Assembly: GCA_963824995.1 (NCBI GenBank)
Contig: CAWGRK010000013.1
Coordinates: 1-64,000, forward strand
Source of the DNA: an uncultured Actinomycetes bacterium
GTDB taxonomy: Bacteria > Actinomycetota > Acidimicrobiia > Spongiisociales > DATADW01
DNA: 64,000 nt
Reading direction: 5' to 3'
The notes under the pieces were generated by a model. The model worked only from the letters and a program-made list of their open reading frames with translations, had not been told where the DNA came from and did not search any database. Below, in pieces: positions 10,515 through 20,908 of the stretch; positions within the stretch are counted from its first letter, which is position 1; each line of letters opens with the position of its first letter. A program made the translations under genes and the position numbers.

Positions 10515-12317
10515 GTGAGCGACGTCACTCGCATCCGCAATTTCTGCATCATCGCCCACATAGACCACGGCAAGTCCACCCTGGCAGACCGTTTGCTCGA
10601 AAGGACCGGGGCGATCAGCCCACGTGAGATGCGGGAGCAGGTCCTCGACACCATGGACCTGGAGCGCGAGCGCGGCATCACCATCAAGGCCCAGGCGGTG
10701 CGGCTTCGATACACCGCCCCCGACCGCACCGACTACACGCTCAACCTGATCGACACGCCCGGCCATGTCGACTTCTCCTACGAGGTATCGCGCTCGCTGG
10801 CGGCGTGTGAGGGTGCGCTTCTGGTGGTCGATGCCGCCCAGGGAGTGGAGGCGCAGACCCTGGCCAACGCATATCTGGCAGTCGAGGCTGGACTCGAGGT
10901 GATCTCGGTCGTCAACAAGATCGATCTGCCGGCTGCGGAGCCCGACCGGGCCGCTGCCGAGTTGGTCGGGGTCCTCGGTGGCTCGCCTGACGACGTGATC
11001 CGAGTGTCCGCCAAGACCGGCGAGGGGATCGAGCAACTCCTCGATCGGATCGTCAGTCAGATCCCCCCACCGAGAGGCAAGCCCGACGACCCGCTCCGTG
11101 CCCTGGTTTTCGACTCCTATTACGACATCTACCGCGGCGTCGTGTGCTACCTGCGGGTGGTGGATGGGCGCCTCGGGAGCGGTGAGCCGATCCGGTTCCA
11201 CGCCACCGGGGAGCAGCACTCGGCCGCCGAGGTCGGAGTGCTCACACCTCGAGCGCTGCCCCTAGCCGAGCTCACCACAGGGGAGGTCGGATACCTCATC
11301 ACCGGCGTCAAGGAGATCGACCTGATCAGGGTGGGGGACACGGTCACATCGGCCTCGCAGCGCGCCACCGAGCCGCTTCCCGGGTATGCCGAGCCCCACC
11401 CGATGGTGTACTCGGGCCTATTTCCCACCGATGGTGACGAATTCGAGCGTTTGCGCGACGCCCTCGAGAAGCTGAGGCTCAACGACACCGCCCTGGTCTA
11501 CGAGCCCGAGACGTCACGCGCCCTCGGGTTCGGCTTTCGTTGCGGCTTTCTCGGCTTGCTCCATATGGAGATCGTGCGCGAGCGGCTGGAGCGGGAATAC
11601 GACCTCGACCTGGTGGCAACAGCCCCGTCCGTCGCCTACCGGGTGACCACCACCGATGGCGCCGTCCACGAGATCCGATCACCGCAGGACCTGCCAGAGC
11701 CCAACAAGCAGCAAGCCCTGGAGGAGCCCTATGTCCGGGCGATGATCATCGCCCCTGCTGAGTACACCGGCGCCATCATGGAATTGGTCCAGTCGCGCCG
11801 TGGCGAACTCGATCATCTCCATTACCTGAGCCCCGAGCGTGTGGAACTCGTCTACCAATTGCCACTCGCCGACGTCGTCTTCGACTTCTTCGACGCGGTC
11901 AAATCGCGCACGTGTGGGTACGCCTCGCTCGACTACGAGCCCTCTGACTACCGGCCGTCGGACCTGGTCAGGGTGGACATCCTCCTTAACGAGCAACCGG
12001 TGGATGCCTTCTCGACGATCACGCACCGTGACAAGGCCGCGGCGTATGGGAGAAGGATGGTGGAGCGGCTGCGCGAGCTCATACCCCGCCAGCTGTTCGA
12101 TGTACCGATCCAGGCGGCCAGCGGTGGCCGGATCATCGCCCGCGAGACGATCAAGGCGCGCCGCAAGGACGTGACCGCGAAATGCTATGGCGGTGACATC
12201 ACCCGGAAGCGGAAGCTGTTGGAGCGCCAGAAGGAAGGGAAGAAGCGGATGAAGATGGTGGGATCGGTCGAGGTCCCCCAAGAGGCCTTCATCGCGGCGC
12301 TCAAGGTGGAGTCATGA
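10515..12317 (+). CDS. lepA: elongation factor 4
   Basis: [46 protein letters not shown]. Confidence 0.99.
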   Translation: MSDVTRIRNFCIIAHIDHGKSTLADRLLERTGAISPREMREQVLDTMDLERERGITIKAQAVRLRYTAPDRTDYTLNLIDTPGHVDFSYEVSRSLAACEGALLVVDAAQGVEAQTLANAYLAVEAGLEVISVVNKIDLPAAEPDRAAAELVGVLGGSPDDVIRVSAKTGEGIEQLLDRIVSQIPPPRGKPDDPLRALVFDSYYDIYRGVVCYLRVVDGRLGSGEPIRFHATGEQHSAAEVGVLTPRALPLAELTTGEVGYLITGVKEIDLIRVGDTVTSASQRATEPLPGYAEPHPMVYSGLFPTDGDEFERLRDALEKLRLNDTALVYEPETSRALGFGFRCGFLGLLHMEIVRERLEREYDLDLVATAPSVAYRVTTTDGAVHEIRSPQDLPEPNKQQALEEPYVRAMIIAPAEYTGAIMELVQSRRGELDHLHYLSPERVELVYQLPLADVVFDFFDAVKSRTCGYASLDYEPSDYRPSDLVRVDILLNEQPVDAFSTITHRDKAAAYGRRMVERLRELIPRQLFDVPIQAASGGRIIARETIKARRKDVTAKCYGGDITRKRKLLERQKEGKKRMKMVGSVEVPQEAFIAALKVES

Positions 12318-13475
12318 CCACGGCCGGTGTGCTCTCGCAGGTTTCTCCAGACTCTCCGGTCCTGTCCGATGAGGCGGCTGCCTGGAGGAGCGCATACATC
12401 CATATCCCGTTTTGCGCCCGGGTGTGCCCCTACTGCGACTTCGCGGTCGTGGTCGGGGAAGACGGGTCCGCCGAGCGGTATGTGTCGGCTCTGCTGGCTG
12501 AGCTGGAGGGAATGCCTAGCTGGGACCCGCTCGACGCCGTTGCCTTTGGGGGCGGTACTCCCTCGCGCCTCGCACCCCAATCGCTCGGGCGTGTGGTGGA
12601 GGCGTTGCGCGCCCACAGCGGCCTGGCCCCCGGGTGCGAGGTGTCGATCGAAGTCAACCCCGAGGATGTCACTTCGGAACTGGCACACGGGCTCGCTTCC
12701 ATCGGGATCAACCGGGTCTCGATCGGGGCCCAGTCCTTCGAACCCGCCGTGCTCGACGCATTGGGGCGGCGCCACGTTCCCGCGGACATCGAGCGTGCCG
12801 TGACAATGATGCGCTCGGCCGGGATCACGCAGCTCAACATCGATCTCATATTCGGGACGCCCGGAGAGACGGCGGGCATGTGGATGGCCAGCGTCGAGCG
12901 GGCCCTGGCGGTCGATCCGGACCACATCTCGACATACGCCCTCACCGTAGAGCGGGGCACGGTCCTGGGCCGGGCGGTGGCCGGTGGCGCCCCGGCGCCT
13001 GACCCCGACACCCAGGCGGACTTCTGGGAGGCGGCATCGAGGGTCATCGGCGAATCCGGGCTGGTTCGGTATGAGGTCTCCAACCATGCCCACCCTGGTG
13101 CGGTGGCCCGCTACAACCTCTCGGTCTGGTCGGGCGGGGAGTACATCGGCCTGGGCATGGGAGCCCACAGCCACCGCAAGGGCGTCCGCTCGTGGAACGC
13201 GGCGCCGCCTCGACACCTACCTGAGGAGGGTGGAGGAGGGCGTCTCCCCGCAACAGGGCGAGGAGCGAGTGATGGATAGCGAGCTCGACCGCCTGTTCGT
13301 CGGTCTGCGGCTGGCCTCCGGGGTCCGCCCGGGGAAGCTGGGCCTCACCCTGCTCGCCTCCCCATGGGGCGAGCGGTTGCGCCAAGCCGGCGTGTTGACG
13401 ATGCGAGATGGCAGATTGGTGGTCACCCGCCCCCTCCTCACCGACGAGGTGCAGAGAGCACTCTTGGCGGTGTGA
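12314..13475 (+). CDS. hemW: radical SAM heme chaperone HemW (frameshift ~13200)
   Basis: [28 protein letters not shown]-terminus in second frame; lepA-hemW-hrcA-dnaJ synteny. Confidence 0.92.
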
Positions 13476-13561
13476 GGTTCTGAGCATTGGGTTCTGAGCA
13501 TTGGGTTACGCACTACCCGAGTACCCACTACCCACCGCCCAGTACCCACTACCCACTACCC
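13476..13561. repeat. bipartite repeat: (GGTTCTGAGCATTG)x2 followed by ~7 ACTACCC-like heptamers
   Basis: fills the hemW-hrcA spacer. Confidence 0.85.
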
Positions 13562-13568
13562 TTTACCC

Positions 13569-14567
13569 ATGCTGGACGAGCGGCGCGGTGAGGTGCTTCG
13601 CGGGCTGGTGCAGGAGCACATCCGCACCGGTGAACCGGTGAGCTCGCGGGCGATTCTCGACGCCACCGCCCTCCCTGTGTCCACAGCAACGGTGCGGAAC
13701 GATCTGGCGGCTCTCGACCGTGATGGGTATTGCGTGCAGCCGCACACATCTGCGGGGCGGGTGCCCACCTCGAAGGCTTACCGCTACTACGTGGATCATC
13801 TGACCGCGTCACCTTTGCGCGCCCCGACCAGGGTCCGGATCCACTCCTTCTTCTCTTCGGTGCACGTCGAGTTGGGCAGGCTGCTCAAGGCAACCTCGGA
13901 TCTGCTTGCCGAGTTGACGCGTTATCCGGCGGTGGTCGTCGGGCCGGGGTTGGAGGGCGGCATCGTCTGGGCCGCCCATCTGGTGCAACTCGGCCCACAG
14001 GTCCTCCTTCTGGTGCTGGTGGCTGAGGGAGGCCGGGTGAGCCAAGAGGTGGTGCGCACGCCGCACCCCGTGGACCCGGAGACCGTCGAGGCCGCCGAGG
14101 AAATACTCACCCGGGTGTTCGCCCGCCGCTCGGTCGAGGTCGCCGCGCCTGCCGCAGCGGAACTGGTCGGCGACCTGGCTGCGCCGGTCGCCGAGGTGGT
14201 GCAGGCGGCGATGGACGCCGCCTCGAGACTCGACAGCCAGAGCGCCGACGTCTACATCGGTGGAACCGGTCAGATGGCGACTGTCTTCGACGACATCACG
14301 ACGGTCCGGCAGATGCTCGAGTTCTTGGAGCGTGAGGCGCTGCTGTTGGGAATGATGTCCGGCTCGGAGGGGACCAGCATCCATATCGGCGAGGAGCTCC
14401 CTGGTGGCCGCGACGTGGACATCGCAATGGTCTCCACCAACTACGAGGTGGCCGGACGGGGGAGCGGCCGGGTGGGGGTTATCGGCCCTATGAGGATGGA
14501 TTACCGTCGTACCATCTCGGTGGTCGAGGAGGTCGGAGACGGCCTCGCGGAGAGCCTGGGCTCCTGA
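13569..14567 (+). CDS. hrcA: heat-inducible transcription repressor
   Basis: GEPVSSR, STATVRND, QPHTSAGRVPT, GVIGPMRMDY. Confidence 0.96.
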   Translation: MLDERRGEVLRGLVQEHIRTGEPVSSRAILDATALPVSTATVRNDLAALDRDGYCVQPHTSAGRVPTSKAYRYYVDHLTASPLRAPTRVRIHSFFSSVHVELGRLLKATSDLLAELTRYPAVVVGPGLEGGIVWAAHLVQLGPQVLLLVLVAEGGRVSQEVVRTPHPVDPETVEAAEEILTRVFARRSVEVAAPAAAELVGDLAAPVAEVVQAAMDAASRLDSQSADVYIGGTGQMATVFDDITTVRQMLEFLEREALLLGMMSGSEGTSIHIGEELPGGRDVDIAMVSTNYEVAGRGSGRVGVIGPMRMDYRRTISVVEEVGDGLAESLGS

Positions 14568-14597
14568 GACAGACCAATCCGCCGATCCGATAGGACC

Positions 14598-15692
14598 ATG
14601 GCCGACGATTACTACGCAGTCCTGGGCGTCCCGCGAGACGCCGATACCGACGAGATAAAGCGGGCCTTCCGCCGACTGGCTCGCGAGTCGCATCCCGATG
14701 CCAATCCCGGGGACCCCCAGGCTGAAGCTCGGTTTCGCCGTGCTGCCGAGGCCTACGAAGTGCTGTCCGACCCGGCGCGCCGCCGGCGCTACGACCGGGG
14801 CGACACCATCGAGTTGGGCGACATCCTTGGCGGCTTCGGGGGCTTCGAAGACCTGCTGCGCGGAGTGTTCGGAGACGGCGGATTGTTCGGGGCCGCACCG
14901 CCACGGCAGGGTCCCCAGCGAGGCAGCGACATCCTGGCGGTGGCGTCGATCGATCTGGCCGCGGCCGTTTTCGGCACCGAGACCGAAGTCGACTTCAGTG
15001 CCGACGGCTTGTGCGACCTCTGCGGCGGTAATGGCGCACAGCCGGGCACGTACCCAGAGACCTGCCCCACCTGTCGCGGGTCGGGGTCGGTCAGGGTGGC
15101 CCGCCGGAGTGTTCTCGGCTCGATGATGTCGGTCACCACGTGCTCGACATGCCGGGGCGCAGGGCAGATCATCGCCGATCCCTGCGAGCGCTGTTGGGGC
15201 AACGGAGTGGTCGAGACGGCGCGCTCGGTTACCGTCGAGGTGCCACCCGGCGTGACCAGCGGCACCCGCCTCCGGCTGACCGGGCGCGGTGCCGCCGGGC
15301 TTCGTGGTGGGCCGTCCGGCGACCTATATGTCGAGATCGTGGTGAGCCCCCATCCCGACTTCGTCCGCGATGGTGACGACCTGTTTCACCCCCTTCCGCT
15401 CGACATGGTGGAGGCCGCCCTTGGCACGGAGGTGAAAGTGCCCCTCATCGACGGTGGGGAGGAGCTTCTCGCGGTTCCCCGGGGAACCCAGACCGGTTCC
15501 ACGCTCCGCATCGGGGGCAAGGGAGCGTCGCGTCTCGGACGCCGCGGCCGTGGCGACCTCATAGTCAGGGTGGAGGTTGGCATTCCCACCGAACTCTCCG
15601 AGCAGGAGGAGGAGGCATTGCGCGCCTACGCCGCAGCGAGGGGACGTCATGTATCGGTCCCAAAGCGCGGTTTCCGCCGGCGCCGGACCTGA
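14598..15692 (+). CDS. dnaJ: chaperone DnaJ
   Basis: J-domain HPD, CxxCxGxG repeats. Confidence 0.97.
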   Translation: MADDYYAVLGVPRDADTDEIKRAFRRLARESHPDANPGDPQAEARFRRAAEAYEVLSDPARRRRYDRGDTIELGDILGGFGGFEDLLRGVFGDGGLFGAAPPRQGPQRGSDILAVASIDLAAAVFGTETEVDFSADGLCDLCGGNGAQPGTYPETCPTCRGSGSVRVARRSVLGSMMSVTTCSTCRGAGQIIADPCERCWGNGVVETARSVTVEVPPGVTSGTRLRLTGRGAAGLRGGPSGDLYVEIVVSPHPDFVRDGDDLFHPLPLDMVEAALGTEVKVPLIDGGEELLAVPRGTQTGSTLRIGGKGASRLGRRGRGDLIVRVEVGIPTELSEQEEEALRAYAAARGRHVSVPKRGFRRRRT

Positions 15693-15707
15693 CTTCGGGG
15701 ATTTCGC

Positions 15708-15718
15708 CACTCTGAGTG
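15708..15718. promoter_or_regulatory. palindrome CACTCTGAGTG, BldD-box-like
   Basis: matches the ACnC(A/T)GnGT core of the BldD box, 40 bp upstream of the bldD-like gene; outer T/A positions do not match. Confidence 0.5.
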
Positions 15719-15757
15719 TCGTAGTCGCGCGGAGCGCGTCCGTAGTAGCGTGACGGG

Positions 15758-16270
15758 ATGGCGGAAGCGATGACGGCGCTCGACGAGGGCCAGACCGAGT
15801 TGTACAACCAGTCGATCGGTCGGAGGCTGCGCGCCATCCGCAAGCAGAAGGGCATGTCGCTCCAGGATGTCGAGGCGAAGAGCGACCTCGAGTTCAAGGC
15901 CTCGGTGCTGGGAGCGTACGAGCGGGGGGAGCGCAGTCTCTCGTTGCCCCGGCTGCAGCGGCTCGCCGGGTTCTACGGGGTTCCCGTCGATCAGTTGCTT
16001 CCCCCCGGCGACAGGTCTGCGGTCGGTGCCTCACCCCAGTCCGCCGGCGAAGGGATCACCATCGATCTCTCCCGGCTAGAGGAGTCGGGGGCACCCTCCG
16101 AGCTCATCGGGCGGTTCGTCAAGACCATCCAGATCATGAGGCAGGACTTCAACGGCAGGGTCCTCACCATCCGCCGCGGCGACCTCCAGATCATCTCGGG
16201 CCTCATGGCGGAGAGCGAGGAGCAGGTTTCGGAGATGCTCGCCGACTCGGGGCTGATCGTCCCCAGCTGA
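15758..16270 (+). CDS. bldD: BldD-family transcriptional regulator (XRE HTH plus c-di-GMP-binding C-terminal domain)
   Basis: GRRLRAIRKQKGMSLQDVE...FKASVLGAYERGER N-terminus; RQD-FNGRVLTI-RRGD = RxD-x8-RxxD. Confidence 0.85.
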   Translation: MAEAMTALDEGQTELYNQSIGRRLRAIRKQKGMSLQDVEAKSDLEFKASVLGAYERGERSLSLPRLQRLAGFYGVPVDQLLPPGDRSAVGASPQSAGEGITIDLSRLEESGAPSELIGRFVKTIQIMRQDFNGRVLTIRRGDLQIISGLMAESEEQVSEMLADSGLIVPS

Positions 16271-16316
16271 GCAGGCTCTGCTGGCAGCCACAGCCGGAGC
16301 CACTAGGTTGCCCGGC

Positions 16317-16718
16317 GTGCCCAGCGTTTTCACCCGCATCATCTCGGGAGAGCTACCCGGTCATCTCGTCCATCGCGACGAGCGGTGTGCCGCATTCCTT
16401 TCGATCGCCCCACTCCAGCCGGGTCACACCCTCGTCGTTCCCCTCGAGGAGGTGGACGACTGGACCGATGCAGACCCGTCACTGTTGGGACATCTGATGA
16501 CGACGGCCCGGACTGTCGGAAGGGCGCAACAGCGGGTCTACCGCCCGGTCAAGGTCGGTTTGATGATCGCCGGACTAGAGGTGCCGCACCTCCACATCCA
16601 TGTCGTGCCGATCACCACCGTGACCGACCTCGACTTCTCGAATGCCGACTCGTCGGCCACCGCCGAGCAACTCGCTGCGGAAGCCGAAAAGCTGCGCGCC
16701 GCCCTCGCCGATTCGTGA
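16317..16718 (+). CDS. HIT family hydrolase
   Basis: SVFTRII, GHTLVVP, VPHLHIH triad. Confidence 0.93.
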   Translation: MPSVFTRIISGELPGHLVHRDERCAAFLSIAPLQPGHTLVVPLEEVDDWTDADPSLLGHLMTTARTVGRAQQRVYRPVKVGLMIAGLEVPHLHIHVVPITTVTDLDFSNADSSATAEQLAAEAEKLRAALADS

Positions 16719-16842
16719 GGGTTGCCGTCTCGGATGGGCCCGAGGCGGGGAACCCGGGTCATGATCGGCTCGTTGTGGAGTGATGAGGGTGGGCACCGGT
16801 ATACTCCCGGGGTCCGAATGGGCTCCCCTTCACGAGGCTTCG

Positions 16843-17820
16843 TTGCTTCCCACGTCCACCGAAACTGAGGAGCACTGGCGCGTTCCGAGCAACCATCTCA
16901 TGCTGGAGTTGCTCGGCGAGCGCGATGCTCACCTGAGGACCGTCGAATCCCTCTTCCCCGGTGTCCGGGTGGTGGCGCGCGGAAACGAGTTCACCCTCAC
17001 CGGCTCCGGCGAGGAAGTAGACCAGATGCGAACCGTCCTCGAGGAGTTGCTCCTTCTCCTCGAGGAAGGTGAAGGTCTCGACGAGGACCGGGTGCAGCGC
17101 GTCGTCCAGATGGTGCGCGAGGAAGTCCCATCTCCAGCCGGCGTCCTCACCGACGGGATCCCGGTTGGCCGGGGGCGGGTGGTGCGGCCCAAGACCCTGG
17201 GACAGCGCCAGTACATCCAGGCGATCCGCGACAACACGGTGGTCTTCGGGGTCGGCCCTGCGGGCACCGGCAAGACATACCTGGCGATGGCTGCCGCGGT
17301 CGAGTTGCTCCAGACTGGAGCGGTGCGGCGCATCGTCCTCACCAGGCCGGCGGTGGAGGCGGGGGAGCGGCTCGGTTTCCTCCCAGGGGACCTGAGCGCA
17401 AAGATCGATCCCTATCTTCGACCGCTCTATGACGCCCTCTGGGACATGCTCGGCCCGGACGAGACGGCTCGGCTCACCGAGCGCGGGACCATCGAGATCG
17501 CCCCGCTCGCCTACATGCGGGGGCGCACGCTGAACGACTCCTGCATCATCCTCGACGAGGCACAGAACACGTCACCGGAGCAGATGAAGATGTTCCTCAC
17601 CCGCCTCGGGTTCAACTCGAAAATGGTGATCACCGGCGACATCACCCAGGTGGATCTGCCGGCCAATACCGGATCGGGGCTGAGGGTGGTCCGCTCCATC
17701 GTCCACGACATAGCTGGGGTCGAGTTCGTCGAGCTCACTTCGAAGGACGTGGTTCGTCACCGCATCGTCCAGGCGATCGTCGATGCCTACGCCCGCTACG
17801 ACGAGAGTGTTTCCTCATGA
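16843..17820 (+). CDS. phoH: PhoH family ATPase
   Basis: GPAGTGKT, RPAVEAGERLGFLPG, YMRGRTL, DEAQN; TTG start inferred from GAGG RBS. Confidence 0.95.
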   Translation: MLPTSTETEEHWRVPSNHLMLELLGERDAHLRTVESLFPGVRVVARGNEFTLTGSGEEVDQMRTVLEELLLLLEEGEGLDEDRVQRVVQMVREEVPSPAGVLTDGIPVGRGRVVRPKTLGQRQYIQAIRDNTVVFGVGPAGTGKTYLAMAAAVELLQTGAVRRIVLTRPAVEAGERLGFLPGDLSAKIDPYLRPLYDALWDMLGPDETARLTERGTIEIAPLAYMRGRTLNDSCIILDEAQNTSPEQMKMFLTRLGFNSKMVITGDITQVDLPANTGSGLRVVRSIVHDIAGVEFVELTSKDVVRHRIVQAIVDAYARYDESVSS

Positions 17821-20399
17821 TCTGGCTCCGCCGCCATCGCACCGCCGCCAGGATCGCGGTCGTCGCCGTCACCGTGTTGCTCTGTTGGGCAGTGCTGGTG
17901 ATCGGCACCGGGGACCGGTTCGGCAGGCTTGCCATCGGCACGCCGTCGCCCAGCGATTTCGACGCCACGGCGCGGGTGACCGTCGTTGATCAGGACACCA
18001 CCGAGGAGCGCATCCAGGCGGCGCAACGAGATGTGGGCAACGTGTACGAGATCATCCCCGGGGTCGACTCCGAGGTCACTGATGGGATCACGGCTCTCTT
18101 CGAAGCAGCCCGCGAGCGGATTGGCGCAGGCGTGGTTTCACCGTCGACAACCACCACGCTGGCCCCGTCGACAACGGCGACGACCGTTCCGGAGACGACG
18201 GCTACCACGGGGCGGCGTCAGGGCACCGGCACATCGGCTCCGAGGGCGACGACCACCACCGCATCCTCCACCGTCGAGTTGAGCGGGACGCTCTTCCTCG
18301 ACCTGGACGGGGACGGTGTGCACGAAGGTGGCGACGAGCCGCTCGCCGCGGTCGGGGTGGTGGTTACCGGTGGCGACGGCGGGTCCCAAACGGTCGAGTC
18401 GGATCTCGACGGCAACTTCGCCCTCAGCTCGGTGGCCGGCGGCGACATCGTGGTCAGAGTCAACGATGCTGACCCCGACTTCCCCCGGTTCTTCGCCCCG
18501 TCGCAGGGGAGCACCAACACCGAGATGACGGTGGATTCCGGCCCGGTCGTTCTGGATCCGATCGGCTTCGCTCCGGCGACGGCTTCCATCATCGACCAGG
18601 TGGATGGGCTGGCCGAGGTTGCCCCTCAACTCGAGGCGGCGACCCTAGAGACGATCGCCGGGCTGGCCACGGGCGACATTGTGAGGATGGCGCTCAACCA
18701 GGAGCCCTGGCTCGACGAGTTGGAGCGGCTATCCAAGGAGCGGGCACTGGCCGTGCTCGAGGAGGGCCTGGTCGAGGAGGACCGCCAGGAAGTCGCCGCC
18801 GAGTTGGTGGAGACCTCGTCGGCCATCCTGCTCGGAGGTCAGGCCGACCAGGCGGCGGGAAGGGCCATGGCCGACGTGGCCGGCGCCTTCCTCGAGCCGA
18901 ACCGGATCATCGACCTCGAGGCGACACAGGCGGTGCGCGACGAGGCCGAAGCCGGCGTTGTTCCTGTCGAGCGGACATATCAGGCGCGGGAGAACATCGT
19001 CCGACAGGGTGACACCCTGCGCGCCGTGCACCTGGCGGCCATCGCCGAGTTGGGGCTGGCCGACGTGACCGGCCCGTCCTACTGGCCGGTGCTCGCCGTC
19101 GTGGCCGTTCTCGTCATCGTCGAGGCCTTTTACCTGCAGAGGTTTCGACCGGAGATCTGGAACCAGGTGCGTCGGGTGGCGTTGTTCGGCGTGTTGCTGG
19201 TCCTCGGTGCCGGCTCCGCCCGGCTCGCCGCGATCGCCGGCGAGGCGACAAGCCCGTACGTGATACCGGTAGCCGCCTTCGGTTTGATGGCAGCCATCCT
19301 CTTCGATGGGCGCATCGCGGTGCTCATGTCGATCGCCATGGGGGTGTTCGCCGCGGTCGCTGTCGGCGACCCTGGTGTCACCACATACGCCATCGTCGCC
19401 GGGCTGGCCCCAATCCCCTTCGTCTCCTCGATCTCGACCAGGGCCGACCTCCGCCGAGCCGTCGCCTTCACCTCGTTGACGGTCGGCGTGATCGCCGCCG
19501 CCACGTCGTGGCTGTTCACGCCCGGGTTCTCCGAGGCCGCCGATGTCTGGGGCTTCGTGTGGCGTTCGGCATCCTGGGCGGCTGCGAGCAGTGCTATCAC
19601 CAGCCTGGTCGGTCTCTCGGCTCTCGGCTTCCTAGAGGTGCTCTTCGACGTGACCACGACGCCCCGGCTCCTCGATGTCACCGACCGCAACCACCCGGCT
19701 CTCGTCCTGCTCCAGGACCGGGCATGGGGGACGTTCAACCACTCGCTCATGGTGGGGACGCTGGCCTCCGCGGCGGCGAAGGCGATCGGCGCCGACAACC
19801 TGCTCGCTCTCGCCGCCGCCTACTACCACGACCTGGGAAAGACGGAGAACTCGCTCTACTTCATCGAGAACCAGTTCGGGATCTCCAACCCGCACGACGA
19901 CCTGAAACCAGAGGAATCGGTGGCGATCATCCGTCAGCACGTGTTCGACGGCGTCCGGCTGGCCAAGACATACCGCATCCCTGCAGAGGTCAGCGAGGGG
20001 ATAGTCACCCACCACGGCGACGGCGTGATGCACTACTTCTACGAGAAGGCAAAGGAGCTCTACGGAGCCGATCTGGTTGACATCGTCGACTACCGCCACG
20101 CCGGTCGCAAACCACGATCACGTGAGATGGCCATCCTCATGATGGCCGACTCGACCGAGGCGGCGTGCCGTGCCGCGCTGCAAACCGAGGACCCATCGGT
20201 GGACGGCATCACCAAGGTCGTCGAGCGGGTGATTGGTGAGAAGGTGGACGATGGCCAGCTCGGCGAGTGCTCGCTCACCCTGGGTGACCTCACCAACGTC
20301 AAGCAGGCTTTCGTCGATGCGCTGGTCGGTCACTACCACCCGCGCATCCCGTATCCGAACTTCCCGGGCGGCGACCTCGGCTCCCCGCAGCGTTCCTGA
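17817..20399 (+). CDS. 7TM-HD phosphohydrolase (PgpH-like cyclic-di-AMP phosphodiesterase)
   Basis: N-terminal TM, large extracellular domain, ~7 TM helices, GTFNHS...YYHDLGK...YFIENQ...HHG...MADSTEAA; phoH-HD-ybeY synteny. Confidence 0.88.
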   Translation: MIWLRRHRTAARIAVVAVTVLLCWAVLVIGTGDRFGRLAIGTPSPSDFDATARVTVVDQDTTEERIQAAQRDVGNVYEIIPGVDSEVTDGITALFEAARERIGAGVVSPSTTTTLAPSTTATTVPETTATTGRRQGTGTSAPRATTTTASSTVELSGTLFLDLDGDGVHEGGDEPLAAVGVVVTGGDGGSQTVESDLDGNFALSSVAGGDIVVRVNDADPDFPRFFAPSQGSTNTEMTVDSGPVVLDPIGFAPATASIIDQVDGLAEVAPQLEAATLETIAGLATGDIVRMALNQEPWLDELERLSKERALAVLEEGLVEEDRQEVAAELVETSSAILLGGQADQAAGRAMADVAGAFLEPNRIIDLEATQAVRDEAEAGVVPVERTYQARENIVRQGDTLRAVHLAAIAELGLADVTGPSYWPVLAVVAVLVIVEAFYLQRFRPEIWNQVRRVALFGVLLVLGAGSARLAAIAGEATSPYVIPVAAFGLMAAILFDGRIAVLMSIAMGVFAAVAVGDPGVTTYAIVAGLAPIPFVSSISTRADLRRAVAFTSLTVGVIAAATSWLFTPGFSEAADVWGFVWRSASWAAASSAITSLVGLSALGFLEVLFDVTTTPRLLDVTDRNHPALVLLQDRAWGTFNHSLMVGTLASAAAKAIGADNLLALAAAYYHDLGKTENSLYFIENQFGISNPHDDLKPEESVAIIRQHVFDGVRLAKTYRIPAEVSEGIVTHHGDGVMHYFYEKAKELYGADLVDIVDYRHAGRKPRSREMAILMMADSTEAACRAALQTEDPSVDGITKVVERVIGEKVDDGQLGECSLTLGDLTNVKQAFVDALVGHYHPRIPYPNFPGGDLGSPQRS

Positions 20400-20406
20400 A
20401 GTCCAA

Positions 20407-20874
20407 GTGCCCATCTTCGTTGCAGACGAGCAGGACGACGTCGACGTCGACACCGAACATCTCGGATCGATCGCGCGCCACGTGCTCTCCTCGGAGGGCT
20501 ACCCCGAGTCCGCCGAGCTGAGCATCCTCCTCGTGTCTGCAGCGGAGATAGCCGGATACAACTCCCGGTTCATGGGACGTGAGGGGCCCACCGACGTTCT
20601 CGCTTTCCCGCTCGAACAGTTCGCCCCAGGGAGGGTGCCGCCCGCCGCTCAGAATGGGCCGCCGCTCACGCTGGGAGACGTCGTGATCTCCCCTGAAGAG
20701 ATCGAGCGTCAAGCCGCCGACCTCGGGGTAGCCTTCGAGGACGAGCTTGCCCTCATGGTCGTGCACGGCATCCTCCATCTTCTCGGCTGGGATCACCAGA
20801 ACGACGCCGAGGCCGATGCGATGGAGCAACGCGAAGCCGGTCTCCTCGGCGCGCTGGGTGTGACGCGCCGATGA
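20407..20874 (+). CDS. ybeY: rRNA maturation endoribonuclease YbeY
   Basis: GPTDVLAFP, LGDVVI, HGILHLLGWDH. Confidence 0.96.
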   Translation: MPIFVADEQDDVDVDTEHLGSIARHVLSSEGYPESAELSILLVSAAEIAGYNSRFMGREGPTDVLAFPLEQFAPGRVPPAAQNGPPLTLGDVVISPEEIERQAADLGVAFEDELALMVVHGILHLLGWDHQNDAEADAMEQREAGLLGALGVTRR

Positions 20875-20908
20875 CGCCCTACCAACGGCCGCCCTCCGGG
20901 GCCATCCG

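Noticed and set aside
13476..14597. CIRCE element near hrcA/dnaJ
   Set aside because: No TTAGCACTC-N9-GAGTGCTAA-like inverted repeat is visible.
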